64,000 nt of DNA from assembly GCA_963834645.1 (NCBI GenBank), contig CAWICP010000003.1, positions 7,435 to 71,434 on the forward strand, in the 5' to 3' direction. Each line of letters begins with the position of its first letter. Position 1 is the stretch's first letter. This DNA comes from an uncultured Acidobacteriota bacterium (GTDB taxonomy: Bacteria; Acidobacteriota; Vicinamibacteria; Vicinamibacterales; JAKQTR01). The translations under genes and the position numbers were made by a program. The notes below the pieces were generated by a model, which was given only the letters and a program-made list of their open reading frames with translations, ran no database searches and was not told the origin of the DNA. Shown piece after piece: positions 45,102-56,176 of the stretch.

Positions 45102-45980
45102 ATGAGGTGGCAGCGGGGCACCAGCGGCGCCGACATCGAGGACCGTCGCTCGTCGAGCGGCGGCGGCGGGTTCCGGCGGTTCCCGGGCGGCGGAGGCCTG
45201 CGCCTCGGCCTCGGCGGACTCATTCTCATCGGCGTCCTGAGCCTGGTCTTCAAGCAGAACTTCTTCGCCCTGCTCGGCGATCTCCCCGCGGACACGTCCA
45301 TGACGCAGACGGAGATGCCGGGAGCGCCGGCCTCGACGACGGCGGAAGAGGACGAGCGCTTCGAGTTCGTGAAGTTCGTGCTGAACGACGTCCAGGACAC
45401 CTGGACGTCGGTGCTGCCCAAGGAGACCAACAGCCAGTACCCGCGGGCGACGCTGGTGGTGTTCAGGGGGGCGGTCGAGTCGGCGTGCGGATTCGCGGAA
45501 TCCGCGTCGGGCCCGTTCTACTGCCCAGGCGACCAGAAGGTGTACATCGACCTGAGCTTCTACGACGAACTGCATTCTCGCTTCGGCGCGTCGGGAGATT
45601 TCGCCCAGGCGTACGTCATCGCCCACGAGATCGGCCACCACATCCAGAACGTCCTCGGCATCGACAACCAGATGCGGAGGGCGCAGCAGCAGAGGCCGGA
45701 CCTGGCCAACCAGCTGTCGGTGCGCCTCGAACTGCAGGCTGACTGCCTGGCGGGCGTGTGGGGCCGCTCGACCGCGCAGCGCAATCTGCTCGAACAGGGC
45801 GACATCGAGGAGGGGCTGAACGCGGCCGCGGCGATCGGCGACGACCGGATTCAGAGCCGGTCAGGGAGAGGCGTGCAGCCCGACAAGTTCACGCACGGTT
45901 CGTCGGCCCAGCGCCTCGAGTGGTTCAAGCGCGGCCTCGAGTCAGGCCGGATGGCCGCCTGCGACACGTTCGGGCGATAG
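45102..45980 (+). CDS. YpfJ-family neutral zinc metallopeptidase
   Basis: GAGGAGG precedes ATG 45102. The product has MRWQRGTSGADIEDRRSS at the N-terminus, a TM segment, and AHEIGHHIQN. Confidence 0.85.
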   Translation: MRWQRGTSGADIEDRRSSSGGGGFRRFPGGGGLRLGLGGLILIGVLSLVFKQNFFALLGDLPADTSMTQTEMPGAPASTTAEEDERFEFVKFVLNDVQDTWTSVLPKETNSQYPRATLVVFRGAVESACGFAESASGPFYCPGDQKVYIDLSFYDELHSRFGASGDFAQAYVIAHEIGHHIQNVLGIDNQMRRAQQQRPDLANQLSVRLELQADCLAGVWGRSTAQRNLLEQGDIEEGLNAAAAIGDDRIQSRSGRGVQPDKFTHGSSAQRLEWFKRGLESGRMAACDTFGR

Positions 45981-46469
45981 GAGCAATTCCCTCACGCGCC
46001 GCTGGCGGAAGCGGAAGATCCCGTCGATCTCGCGGCGGACGAGCGGGAGCGCCAGGCGGCCGAGCGGGTCGAGCGGAAGCCGGTAGCGCACCTCGTCGTC
46101 GATGATGGTCCCGCCGTCCGCCGCGTCAGAGAACCGGTGCGTGTGGATCCACTGCGCGTACGGGCCTTTCAACTGTTCGTCCACGAATGCGTCGGGCGGC
46201 GACCATCTCGAGATGAGCGTGCGCCACGTCATGGGGACGCCGTGCAGCGCGATCCGGTAGTCGATGAGCGTCCCCGGCGCCATCGGGATCGGCCCGGGCG
46301 TCAGGATGCTGAACTTCAGCGCCGCCGGCGTGATGGTCTCGAGGTTGCGGGCGTCGGAGAAGAACGCGAAGACCTCGGCGCGCGGGTTCGGCAGCCGCAT
46401 CGACGCCCGCAGGATGTAGGTGCCGGGCTCGCCGTCCGCCGGCTCGTGGATGATGCGATCGTCGTTCAT
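45942..46469 (-). CDS. SRPBCC (START/cyclase-dehydrase) family protein
   Basis: Intact 175-aa ORF with FAFFSDARNLETITP, GVPMTWRTLISRW, and FVDEQLKGPYAQWIHTHRF. The 3' end overlaps the convergent peptidase gene by 39 nt. Confidence 0.7.
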   Translation of the reverse strand: MNDDRIIHEPADGEPGTYILRASMRLPNPRAEVFAFFSDARNLETITPAALKFSILTPGPIPMAPGTLIDYRIALHGVPMTWRTLISRWSPPDAFVDEQLKGPYAQWIHTHRFSDAADGGTIIDDEVRYRLPLDPLGRLALPLVRREIDGIFRFRQRRVRELLLSPERVAGGHPA

Positions 46470-46591
46470 GATGCCTCGTACCTGATCCTATGACGCCGGA
46501 GGGAGAGCTGCGGGTCCTGTCCGCGATCTTCGTTTAGAATCAACGTTGCCATGCCTGTGACTCGTGCCACGCCGCCGCCCAGGGGGCGTCG

Positions 46592-47750
46592 GTGACGACG
46601 TTCGAGTTCGCGACCGCCGGCCGCATCGTGTTCGGAGAAGGCTGCGCGGCGTCCGTCCCCGCATGGGCCGGCACCTACGGCGCCAGCACGCTGGTCGTCA
46701 CGGGCCGAGAGGCCGCACGCGCCGAGTGGCTCGTGGACGCGCTCCAGCAGCAGGGCGCGGAGGTCGTGCTGCTCTGCGTCGACGGTGAGCCCGACGTCGC
46801 GTTCGTGTCCGGCGGCGCGCGCGCTGGCCCGCCGCCGGTCCATCGACGTCGTCGTCGGCCTCGGCGGGGGCAGCGCGCTCGACGCGGCAAAGGCGATCGC
46901 GGCGCTGACGACCAACACCGGCGACCCGCTCGACTACCTCGAGGTCGTTGGTTCCGGCAAAGCCCTCGCCAACGCTCCCCTTCCGCTCATCGCCATCCCG
47001 ACGACGGCCGGCACGGGTTCCGAAGTGACCAGGAACGCGGTCCTGACCGTCCCCGATCGCCGCGTCAAGGTGAGCCTGCGCAGCCCGATGATGCTGCCCC
47101 GCCTTGCCGTCGTGGACCCGCTGCTGACGCACGAACTGCCGCCTCGCTGACGGCCACCACGGGCCTCGACGCGCTGACGCAGCTCATCGAACCGTTCCTG
47201 TCCGTGCGCGCGAACGCGATGACCGACGCGCTCTGCCGGGACGGCATCGCGCGCGTGGCCCGCTCGCTTGCACGCGCGTGCGCCGACGGGCACGATGCCG
47301 CCGCGCGCGCAGACATGGCGCTGGCCAGCCTCTTCGGCGGCATCGCGCTCGCCAACGCGGGGCTGGGCGCGGTGCACGGACTCGCCGCGCCCATCGGCGG
47401 CATGTGTCGCGCGGCGCACGGCGCCGTGTGCGCGGCGCTCCTCCCCCACGTCATGGCCGCCAACGTCAGGGGGCTGCGGGGCGGCGGGGTCACGGGCCAG
47501 GCCCTCGGGCGCGCCGACGAGGTCGGACGTTTGCTGCTGGGACGGGAGGACGCCGACGCCGATGCCGCGCGTCGGATGGCTCCGCGACACGGTGGCGGGC
47601 CTTGGCGTCCCGCGACTGGGGGAACTTGGCGTGCGCGTGGCCGACCTGCCGGCCATCGCGGATCAGGCGCAGCGCTCGAGCAGCATGAAGGGAAACCCGG
47701 TCGCGTTGGGCGCGAGCGAGCTGATCCACATCCTCGAGGCCGCGCTCTGA
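46592..47750 (+). pseudogene. iron-containing alcohol dehydrogenase family protein, three frameshifts
   Basis: Conserved segments alternate between two frames: FEFATAGRIVFGEG, IDVVVGLGGGSALDAAKAIAA, LIAIPTTAGTGSEVT, VVDPLLT, TGLDALTQLIE, HGLAAPIGG, and RSSSMKGNPV. Confidence 0.8.
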
Positions 47751-47766
47751 GGCCGGCCTGCGTGCG

Positions 47767-48510
47767 TTAGACCTGCACGACCAGCCCGTCGTGGGCGGCG
47801 TCGAGGCCGAGCGCCGACACGCGCGCCAGCATCTCCTCTCCCATGTGCGTGAGCAGCAGGCGGCGGCACGTCAGCGCGGGCCGGTGCGCGTCGAGTGTCC
47901 GGTAGTCCAGGTGGTGCGGCGGCGCGCTCTCGTATCCGAAGCACTCGCAGACGAAGAGATCGGCGCCGGCTGAGAGTTCGACCAGCGTGTCGGTCCACTC
48001 CGTGTCGCCGGAGAATGCCAGCACGCGCCCGCCCACTTCGAGCCGAAGCCCGTAGCACGGCGTCACGGTCGAGTGCCGCACGGGAAACGGCGTGACCGTC
48101 GCCGGGCCCGCCGCAGCGGCCTCCCCGTCGCTCCACTCCGTGTATGTCACCTGAAACCGCGGCGCAAGCCCTCCCGAGCCGGGGAACAGCGCCTCGTGCG
48201 CGCGCGCGACGGCCGCCTCCACGCCCGCCGGCCCCGCGACACGCAGCGGGCGGGTGCGGCCGCTGGCGTAATGCGCGTCCATCAGCAGGAACGGCACGCC
48301 GCCGAAGTGGTCCCCGTGCAGGTGCGTGAGCACGATGGCCTCCACCGCGTTCGGATCGAACGCGGCGCGGCGCAGGGCCGCGAGCGTGGACGGCCCGCAG
48401 TCGACGAGCAGGCTGCCCCCGGCCGACCGGACGAGCGCGGCGCTGTGGAGCCGGCCGCCGCTGCCGAACGCGTCACCCGTCCCGAGGAATCGAACCTCGA
48501 CGCCGCTCAT
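47767..48510 (-). CDS. MBL-fold metallo-hydrolase
   Basis: It has VRFLGTGDAFGSGGR and VLTHLHGDHFGG (HxHxDH). The 247-aa frame is intact. Confidence 0.8.
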   Translation of the reverse strand: MSGVEVRFLGTGDAFGSGGRLHSAALVRSAGGSLLVDCGPSTLAALRRAAFDPNAVEAIVLTHLHGDHFGGVPFLLMDAHYASGRTRPLRVAGPAGVEAAVARAHEALFPGSGGLAPRFQVTYTEWSDGEAAAAGPATVTPFPVRHSTVTPCYGLRLEVGGRVLAFSGDTEWTDTLVELSAGADLFVCECFGYESAPPHHLDYRTLDAHRPALTCRRLLLTHMGEEMLARVSALGLDAAHDGLVVQV

Positions 48511-48564
48511 CCCGCTCCACCTCCTGGCGCCGGAAGACCCGGCCCGCCTCGCACAGGCCGTGAA

Positions 48565-49338
48565 CTACCCTGCCGTCAGTCGGGCCACCGCGGCGACGGC
48601 GACCCGGACGGCGTTGGATTCGCCGCTCTCGAGGTCGGCTTTCGTCACGTGCTCCCCCCGGGCGCGATTGACGACGACGCCCGCCACGCACCCGCCGCGC
48701 AGCCCCATCGACGCGGTGAGCGTCAGCACCGTCGAGGACTCCATCTCGTAGTTGAGGACGTGCAGGCGGCGCCACTCCTCCGTGATGCCCTGGAACCGGC
48801 GCGGGACGTAGCCGGAGAACGAGTCGTAGCGTTCCTGGCCCGGGTAGAACGTATCGCACGACGCGCTCACACCCGTCCGGAACGGCACACCGAGGTCGGC
48901 GGCGGCCGCCGCCGCGGCCTGGACGACATCGGGATGCGCCACCGCGGGGTACTCGATCGGCGCGTAGTGCGTGGAGGCGCCATCGAGGCGCACGGCGCCC
49001 GTGGTGATGACGACGGTGCCGATGTCGATGTCCTCCTGGATCGCGCCGGTGGTGCCGACGCGCAGGAACGTCCGCACGCCGAGCTGGGCCAGTTCGTCGA
49101 TGGCGATCGAGGCGGACGGCCCGCCGATCCCGGTCGAGGTGACCAGCACGGGCGTCCTGCCGATGTAGGCGATCCAGGTGCGGTACTCGCGCTTGTTCGC
49201 GAGTTCCCGCCCGCGCTCGAGTGGCGCGGTCAGGGCCAGGGCCTGCACGCGGCCGGGGTCGCCGGGCAGGAGCGCCACGGTCGCGCCCTCGATCCGGTCA
49301 GAGTCGATGTCCAGGTGATACACGGTGCGCAGCGGCAT
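48565..49338 (-). CDS. udp: uridine phosphorylase
   Basis: GAGGAGG precedes the start. The product aligns by eye with E. coli Udp along its full length: GATVALLPGDPGRV, STGIGGPSASIAIDELAQLGVRTFLRVGTTGAIQ, VRLDGAS, SCDTFYPGQERYD, and NYEMESST. Confidence 0.9.
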   Translation of the reverse strand: MPLRTVYHLDIDSDRIEGATVALLPGDPGRVQALALTAPLERGRELANKREYRTWIAYIGRTPVLVTSTGIGGPSASIAIDELAQLGVRTFLRVGTTGAIQEDIDIGTVVITTGAVRLDGASTHYAPIEYPAVAHPDVVQAAAAAAADLGVPFRTGVSASCDTFYPGQERYDSFSGYVPRRFQGITEEWRRLHVLNYEMESSTVLTLTASMGLRGGCVAGVVVNRARGEHVTKADLESGESNAVRVAVAAVARLTAG

Positions 49339-49394
49339 GCGGGCCTCCTCGCTCTGTGACGTCCGGCCGTCGGCCGCACATCGCGGCAGTCTAT

Positions 49395-49968
49395 CTAGAA
49401 TCGCGCATCGACGTCGAGCGCCGCTCCGAGCGCGTCGAGGTACTGGTCCCTGGGGATTTCCACGGCGCCGCAGGAGGCGAGAAACGGCGTCAGCCACTGG
49501 ATGTCCAGCAGCCCGAACCCCCGGCCGCGCAGGCGCTCCACCAGGGCCCACAGCGCCATCTTCGAGGCGTCGCTCACGCGGTGGAACATCGACTCGCCGA
49601 AGAACGCGCCTCCCAGGGACACGCCGTACAGGCCGCCCGCCAGCTCGCCGCCGGCCCAGACCTCCACCGAGTGCGCGAGACCCTGCTCGTGGAGGGCGCC
49701 GTAGCTGTCGAGTATCTCCCCGTTGATCCAGGTCCCGTCCTCGCGATCGGCGGCGCACGCCTCCATCACGTCGCGGAACGCGCGGTCGACGGAGATCTCG
49801 AACCGGCGCGACCGGATCAGTGCGGAGCAGGCGGCGCGGCGCGTGGAATCGATCGAGCGGCAGCACGCCCCGCGGATCGGGAGAATACCATCGGATCTCG
49901 CCATCATCCATGGCCATCGGGAAGTAGCCGGCCTGGTAGGCCGCGACAAGCAGCGACGGCGAGAGCAT
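49395..49968 (-). pseudogene. aat: leucyl/phenylalanyl-tRNA--protein transferase, one frameshift near nt 49850
   Basis: One frame reads LLVAAYQAGYFPMAMDDGEIRWYSPDPRGVLPLDRFH. The second reads RSRRFEISVDRAF..WINGEILDSY..HSVEVW..GGLYGVSLGGAFFGESMF and ends at 49395. Confidence 0.85.
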
Positions 49969-49975
49969 GCCGGGA

Positions 49976-50464
49976 TCAGGCGTGGACCAGTTCACTCACG
50001 ATCGCCTCGAGGGGAGCCCAGGTGGCCGGGTCCTGGGCCGCCAGCGTCAGCAGGTAGATGCGGACGTCCGCGGCCGGGTACGCCGCGAGCAGGGCGGCCG
50101 ACGCCTCGCGGAGCTTCGCCTCGTCGGGCGCGGCCTTCTCGCCATCGGCGATGAGCCCGTCCTCGTGCGCGATGCCGAGGGCATCGAGGAACGCCTCGAG
50201 CATCGGCCGCCGCGAGGTCAGGTGGTAGACGACCAGGGCGCGGCTCGCCAGCGACTCGGACACCGTGCGCAGCGCCGCGAGATGGCGCGCCCGCTTCTCA
50301 GGGGCGAGCTTCAGCACGCTCTGCGGCCTGAAGCGCAGCTGCCGGGCGATGGCCTGCACCGCCTCGGCCTGCTGCGGCACCGAGTCGGCGTCGGACCACA
50401 GCGCGCTGGCCGCGGTCAGGCGCTGTTCCGCGGTCATCTCACGCCAGATGTGTGCGGGGGTCAT
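49976..50464 (-). CDS. hypothetical all-alpha protein
   Basis: The product reads MTPAHIWREMTAEQRLTAASALWSD...VVYHLTSRRPMLEAFLDALGIAHEDGLI, with coding-like composition. It lies directly upstream of aat on the same strand. I recognise no family. Confidence 0.45.
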   Translation of the reverse strand: MTPAHIWREMTAEQRLTAASALWSDADSVPQQAEAVQAIARQLRFRPQSVLKLAPEKRARHLAALRTVSESLASRALVVYHLTSRRPMLEAFLDALGIAHEDGLIADGEKAAPDEAKLREASAALLAAYPAADVRIYLLTLAAQDPATWAPLEAIVSELVHA

Positions 50465-50589
50465 GGGCGCTTCATGTTGTGACACCGGTTGCTCCTCGAC
50501 GCCGGCCCGCCACCCGGGCCATTTCTCTGAGCTTAGCATGTAGCTTAAGATGCGGTCGTACACCGGACGGCGTGCCGCGAGGAGATCCC

Positions 50590-51036
50590 ATGAGCCTGTC
50601 TCGATGGTGGCGGGAATGGCGGTTCGAACGGTCGTTCCGCCGCGCAATCCGTGCCGACCTGGCGCGCATCGGCAAGGAGTACGAGGCGAAATTCAAGCGG
50701 CTGGCGACCGGCAACGACTTCGACGCGGCCATGGCCGAGTACCTGGCGGCATGCCGCCTCCCCGACCTCCGCGCCGAGACCCTCCGCAGCCGCCAGCTGA
50801 GGCGCCGGGCCGACGCGGCCGGGGTGGGACTGCCGCGGGAATGGTGGGAGCACGACGAGGAGCACGACCTGTGGTTCCTGACGCCGGACGGACGCCGGCA
50901 GGCCAGGCGCCAGATTACGGAAGAGCGCGTCTGGTCGGTGAAGCAGTGGCTGCAGGTCCTCACGCCGGCCGTGGCGCTCATCGTCGGCCTCGCGGGCGTG
51001 GTGATCGGGTTGTTGAGCATGTGGAGGTGGCCGTGA
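50590..51036 (+). CDS. hypothetical protein with a C-terminal membrane anchor
   Basis: GAGGAG precedes ATG 50590. The product starts MSLSRWWREWRFERSF and ends with the TM segment LTPAVALIVGLAGVVIGLLSMW. Confidence 0.45.
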   Translation: MSLSRWWREWRFERSFRRAIRADLARIGKEYEAKFKRLATGNDFDAAMAEYLAACRLPDLRAETLRSRQLRRRADAAGVGLPREWWEHDEEHDLWFLTPDGRRQARRQITEERVWSVKQWLQVLTPAVALIVGLAGVVIGLLSMWRWP

Positions 51037-51040
51037 CGGC

Positions 51041-51078
51041 GGGACTCGGGGCTTCGGGGCTCAGGGCTCGTCCGGGCT
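51041..51078 (+). repeat. G-tract / GGGGCT-type short repeat (five G-runs, G-quadruplex-compatible)
   Basis: The sequence is GGGACTCGGGGCTTCGGGGCTCAGGGCTCGTCCGGGCT. Its first 13 nt differ by one base from GGGACTAGGGGCT at 56198-56210. Confidence 0.6.
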
Positions 51079-51160
51079 ACGGCGTGGCGAGCGGTGATCG
51101 GGATGCGAGAGTCGGGTCTCGCGTGCAAGCTGGGCGTTGCGTCCGCGGTCGCACTCGCTC

Positions 51161-52268
51161 ATGTTGGCCACCCCTCGTCGCCCAGGAGCTGCGGCCGCGC
51201 GCGCGCGATCTGGGCGTCGCGCCGGGGGTGTTTCCGCCGGGCCCGCTGAATGCCATCACCGACGTCGCCGGCGTCCGCGTCGGGCACACGACGATGATCG
51301 ACGGCGACCGCGTCCGCACGGGCGTGACGGCGGTGGTGCCGCACGGGGGCAACCTGTTCCAGGAGAAGGTCCCCGGCGCGGTCTTCGTCGGCAACGCCTT
51401 CGGCAAGCTCGCCGGATCGACGCAGGTCGACGAGCTTGGCACGATCGAAACGCCGATCGTGCTGACCAACACGCTGAGCGTGGGCGTCGCGGTGGCCGCC
51501 GCGGCCGCATGGACGCTCGCGCAGCCCGGCAACGACGCCGTCCGCTCGGTCAATGCGCTGGTCGGCGAGACCAACGACGGCGGCTTGAACGACATCCGCG
51601 GGCAGCACGTCACGCAGGCGCACGTGCTGGCCGCCATCGCGGCGGCCCGCGAAGGCCCGGTCGACGAAGGGTCCGTCGGCGCGGGCACGGGCACGCAGGC
51701 GTTCGGCTGGAAGGGCGGCATCGGGACGTCGTCGCGGATCGTGCCGGCCGGCGACGCCCGCTACACGCTCGGCGTGCTCGTGCAGATCGAACTTCGGCGG
51801 CGTGCTCACCATCGACGGCGTGCCCGTGGGAAAGCTGCTGCGGACGCTATGCCTTCGGACCGTCTGCTCCCGGGCAGACCGGCACCGACCAGGCCGACGG
51901 CTCGTGCATGATCGTCGTCGCCACCGACGCGCCGCTCGACGCCCGCGACCTGAAGCGGCTGGCCGCGCGCGCGGTCTTCGGCCTCGCGCGCACGGGGTCG
52001 TCGTTCAGCCACGGCAGCGGCGACTACGCCATCGCGTTCTCGACGGCGCCGGGCTTGCGAACGCGCATGGGCGACGCGACGCCGACCGCCCGGACCATCC
52101 TGCCCTCCGACGGGGTGTCCGCGCTGTTCCAGGCCGCGCTCGAGGCCACCGAGGAGGCGGTCTACAACTCGCTCTTCCGCGCGACGACGATGACGGGCAA
52201 CGGCCGCACCGTCGAGGCGATCCCCCTGGACGCGGTCCGGGGATTCCTGGCGCACTCGCCCGCGTTAG
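51161..52268 (+). pseudogene. DmpA/P1 (S58) family aminopeptidase, about four frameshifts; 3' end approximate
   Basis: Conserved segments are spread over three frames: RARDLGVAPGVFPPGPLNAITDVAGVRVGH, TGVTAVVP, NALVGETNDGGLNDI, GAGTGTQAFGWKGGIGTSS, LTIDGVPVG, GSCMIVVATDAPL, and GLARTGSSFSHGSGDYAIAFST. There is no in-frame stop before the convergent gene. Confidence 0.75.
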
Positions 52269-53404
52269 GCCGGCTCGGGGCGGCCGGGGAACACCGCCTC
52301 GCAGTCGAGAAACTGCGGGCCCTTCTCGGTGCACACGGCGTACTTCGACGCGTACAGCGACACGCCGGCGTGCTCGCCCTTCGCGTTGACGATGTAGAAC
52401 TGGATCTGGAAGCGGGGCGCGCCGGTCGAGTCGAGCAGCCGCTTCTCGACCGTGTTGGCCCTGATCCGCTGCAGCGCGTCCATTCCGGCGTCTTTCGGCG
52501 CCATTCCGCGCCGCATGTGCTCGACGATGAGGAAGGAGCTGAGGTTGTAGAGGTTGGCTTCGCCGCGCCCGGTCGACCCCGCGGCGCCGACCTCGCCGTC
52601 CACGTAGAGCCCTGCGCCCAGGATGGGCGAGTCGCCGACGCGGCCCGGGATCTTCCACGCGAGGCCGCTGGTGGTGGTCACGCCGCAGATCTCGCCCTTC
52701 GGGCTGACGCCGTTGCAGTTGATGGTGCCCCAGAAGTGGTCGAAGTCGATGAGGCCGTCCCGCACCATCTGGAGGCCGGCCTCGTAGTACGCGGCGGAGC
52801 GCTTGACGGGGTCGAGGTAGTGGACCGGATCGGCGCGGCGCTTCCATTCGAGCCAGAGCCGCCTCGACCGCTCGGTGTTCAGGTCGGCCTCGATGGTGAA
52901 GCCCATGTTCCGCGCGAAGTCCCGGGCGTCGGCGCCGACGAGCAGGTGGTGGTCGGTCGATTCCATCACGGCCTTCGCCACCAGCGACGGCGTCCGGACA
53001 CCCTCGAGGCAGGCGACCGCGCCGGCGCGTTTCTTCGGCCCGTGCATGCAGGAGGCATCGAGCTGGACCACGCCGTCGGCGTTCGGAAGGCCGCCGTAGC
53101 CGACGCTGGTCTCGGTCGGGTCCAGTTCGCAGAGATTGACGCCCGCGATCAGGGCGTCGAGGACGTCCGCCCCGCCGGTGATCAGGTTGAAGGCCTTCAC
53201 CACGCCGGTGACGTCGCCCCCGTTCGTGTACACGTTCCCGTTACTGGAGGCGATCACGACGGGCGCCACCGTCTTCTTCACCATCATCGTCGGGGCCTGG
53301 GCCGGCGACGGCGCCTCGGCGGCCGCGGCCTTGATCGCGGCGGCGCCCACGACGGCCGCGGCACCCGACATCACGAACTCGCGGCGGTTCACGCGTTTCG
53401 ACAT
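52265..53404 (-). CDS. N4-(beta-N-acetylglucosaminyl)-L-asparaginase / isoaspartyl-peptidase family Ntn hydrolase, Tat-signal
   Basis: It has MSKRVNRREFVMSGAAAVVGAAAI at the N-terminus, plus SVGYGGLPNADG, HFWGTINCNGV (autoprocessing Thr context), and GAAGSTGRGEAN. The 379-aa frame is intact. Confidence 0.8.
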   Translation of the reverse strand: MSKRVNRREFVMSGAAAVVGAAAIKAAAAEAPSPAQAPTMMVKKTVAPVVIASSNGNVYTNGGDVTGVVKAFNLITGGADVLDALIAGVNLCELDPTETSVGYGGLPNADGVVQLDASCMHGPKKRAGAVACLEGVRTPSLVAKAVMESTDHHLLVGADARDFARNMGFTIEADLNTERSRRLWLEWKRRADPVHYLDPVKRSAAYYEAGLQMVRDGLIDFDHFWGTINCNGVSPKGEICGVTTTSGLAWKIPGRVGDSPILGAGLYVDGEVGAAGSTGRGEANLYNLSSFLIVEHMRRGMAPKDAGMDALQRIRANTVEKRLLDSTGAPRFQIQFYIVNAKGEHAGVSLYASKYAVCTEKGPQFLDCEAVFPGRPEPA

Positions 53405-53565
53405 GCGGCTCTCCAGCGTTGATTCGGACGCGCCGATTGTACTCGCGCCCGCCGGCCGTCACAACGCGGATCCCGGGCGCCGTTCCGGCCCGGGCGTTGA
53501 CGCCGGCCCGCACCCGCCGGTACGATGACACCTTTGCGTCACTCGTCACGGGAGATACCACTGGC

Positions 53566-55721
53566 ATGACGGCTTCATTTCCGGGACTGCCGGACCGGAT
53601 CAAGGAACTCGGCGAACTCGCGTCCGACCTGTGGTGGAGCTGGCACTACCGCGCGCGGGACCTCTTCCGGAGGCTGGACTACACGCTCTGGCGCTCCTCC
53701 GCCCACAACCCGGTGGCGATGCTGCGCCAGATCGCGCCGGAGCGGCTCGAGGCGGTCAGCCGCGACCGGGCGTTCCTGGCGCTCTACGACGACGCCGTCC
53801 GGGACCATCGCGCGGCGCGCGCGTCGCGCGAGTCGTGGTGGAGCCGCACCCACGGCGAGGCGTCCAAGGCCACGATCGCGTATTTCTCGGCCGAGTTCGC
53901 GCTGCACCAGTCGCTGCCCATCTACGCGGGCGGCCTCGGCGTGCTCGCCGGCGACTTCTGCAAGGAGGCGAGCGACCTCGGCATGCCGTTTGTCGGCGTC
54001 GGCTTCATGTATCCGCAGGGCTACTTCCATCAGAAGGTCACCGCCGACGGCTGGCAGGAAGAGACCTACGAGATCATCGACTGGGACGACACGCCCGACG
54101 CGGCCGGCCGTCCATCCCGACGGCTCGCGGTGCGTCGTGTCGGTGCCGCTCGGCACGCGGACCGTCCACGCGGCGGTGTGGCAGGTCCGGGCCGGCAAGG
54201 TGCGGCTGTTCCTGCTGGACACCGACCTCGAGGAGAACGCGCCGTGGGACCGCGGGCTGTCGGCGCGCCTGTACGGCGGCAACCAGGACACTGCGCCTCC
54301 AGCAGGAGATCGTCCTCGGCCTCGGCGGCGTCAGGGCGCTCAAGGCGATGGGCATCGAGCCCACCGTGTGGCACCTGAACGAGGGGCACGCCGCCTTCGT
54401 CGCCCTGCAGCGCATCTGGGACCACATCGAGCAGGGCGCGAGCTTCGACGCGGCGCTCGAGCAGGTCCGGGCCTCGACGGTGTTCACGACCCACACGCCG
54501 GTGCCGGCCGGCCACGACGCGTTCCCCTTCCCGCTGGTCGAGACGCACATGGCCGGGGCCTGGGGCAGCCTGGGCGAGTACCGCGAGCGCTTCATGGCGC
54601 TGGGCGCCCACGACAACGGCATGGGCCCGCAGTTCAACATGACCGCCCTCGCGATGCGCACCGCCGCCGGCGTCAACGCGGTCAGCCAGTTGCACGGCGA
54701 GGTGACGCGGGGCATGTTCACGTCGCATCTGGCCGGGCACGCCCAAGGACGGCCTGCCGATCAAGGCGGTCACCAACGGCGTGCACGCGAACACCTGGGT
54801 GGCCGCCCACATGGGCAAGCTCTTCGACCAGTTCCTGGGCACCGAGTGGCGCGCCCGGATCGACGAGCCCGACTTCTGGGACCGCGTGCTCGACATCCCG
54901 GACGAGGAACTCTGGAACGTCCGCCTGGCGATGCGCAGCGATCTGTTCCGCTTCATCCGGGACCGCGCCCGCGAGCGCTGGACCACGACGAGCGTCAGCG
55001 GCGCCCAGGCGGTCGCCATCGGCACGCTGCTCGACCCCTCGGCCCTGACCATCGGCTTCGCCCGCCGCTTCACCGCGCTACAAGCGGCCGGACCTGATCT
55101 TCAGGAACCCCGCCCGCCTGGCGGCCATCCTCTCGGCGCTGCGACGACCGGTCCAGATCGTCTTCGCCGGCAAGGCGCACCCGGCAGACGAGGACGGCAA
55201 GCACCACCTGCAGCAGATCTACCGGCGCGCGACCGACCCGGCCTACGGCGGCCGGATGGCGTTCATCGACGACTACGACCTGCACGTGGCGCAGTACCTC
55301 GTGCACGGCTGCGACGTCTGGCTCAACAACCCGCGCAAGCCGCTCGAGGCCAGCGGCACGAGCGGGATGAAGGCCGCCATCAACGGCGTCCCCCACCTGA
55401 GCATCGGCGACGGCTGGTGGGCCGAAGGGTTCAGCGGCACCAACGGATGGCTGATCGAAGGCCGGCCCTCCGGCGGAAGCCACGACGAGATCGACGAGGC
55501 CGACGCGAACGCGCTCTACACGCTGCTCGAGGAGCAGGTCGTGCCCGGCGTTCTACGACCGGGACGCCCGCGACATTCCGCGCGCGTGGCTGCGCACGGT
55601 GAAAGAGTCGGTGCGCACGATCATGCCGATGTACACCACGCGGCGCATGATGAAGCAGTACGTGGACGAGCTGTACGGCCCCGCGATCGCGGCCACGACG
55701 CGCGTCGGACTGGGAGACTGA
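53566..55721 (+). pseudogene. glgP: alpha-glucan phosphorylase (GT35), five frameshifts as assembled
   Basis: Five frame segments carry the gene: DLWWSWH..IAYFSAEFALHQSLPIYAGGLGVLAGD, FLLDTDLEEN, WHLNEGHAAF..TTHTPVPAGHD, NGVHANTW, LTIGFARRF, and LNNPRKPLEASGTSGMKAAINGV (PLP lysine). The stop is at 55719-55721. Confidence 0.88.
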
Positions 55722-56176
55722 AGACGGGGACACGTTCCATTTCCGGGCTGCACCTCGGCCACCGGAAATGGAAGGTGTCCCCGTACTGCCCGCTGATGGG
55801 CGGGTGGTGGATGATCTGGACGCGGTTGCCGTCAGGGTCGCGGAAGTAGCAGGACCGCGCCCCGTCGCGGTGCGTCTTCGGGCGCATGTCGAGGGCGACC
55901 CCGTTCGAGTCGAGAAACGCCGCCCACGCGTCGACCAGGTCCGGCGACGCCACAATCAGCCCCAGGTGATCGAGCGCGCCCGGCCCCGCCGGCTCCGGCC
56001 CCGCCGGCCTCGTGGAGCGCCAGGTTGTCCCGTCCCGACGTCAGGTAGACATTCGCCGGGTCCGGTTCCCACTCCACCCGGAATCCGAGCACGTCCACGT
56101 AGAACGCCTTCATGTCCGCCATGCGCCGGACGTTGAGCGCCAGGTGCCGGAGGCCGAGATGGGTTGGGCGGGGCAT
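55621..56176 (-). pseudogene. VOC (glyoxalase/bleomycin-resistance/dioxygenase) family protein, one frameshift; true 3' end probably near 55790
   Basis: The first frame reads MPRPTHLGLRHLALNVRRMADMKAFYVDVLGFRVEWEP. The second reads LDHLGLIVASPDLVDAWAAFLDSNGVAL..SCYFRDPDGNRVQIIHHPP. The ORF then runs through the hairpin into glgP with no nearby stop. Confidence 0.65.
55726..55782. repeat. REP-like palindromic element copy 2, probable bidirectional terminator 4 nt after the glgP stop
   Basis: GGGGACACGTTCCATTTCCGG and CCGGAAATGGAAGGTGTCCCC are 21-nt arms separated by a 15-nt loop. They carry a single G/C mismatch at the same arm position as in copy 1, in inverted orientation. Confidence 0.75.

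Noticed and set aside
50620-50640. tRNA-like GGTTCGAAC T-loop motif
   Set aside because: It lies inside a coding-like ORF, and no acceptor, D or anticodon arms can be drawn around it. I found no other tRNA or rRNA signatures in the intergenic regions.
52269-53422. Downstream two-thirds of the 761-aa ORF 51137-53422
   Set aside because: Only the first third (the DmpA-like part) is coding. The rest is antisense to the intact glycosylasparaginase gene.
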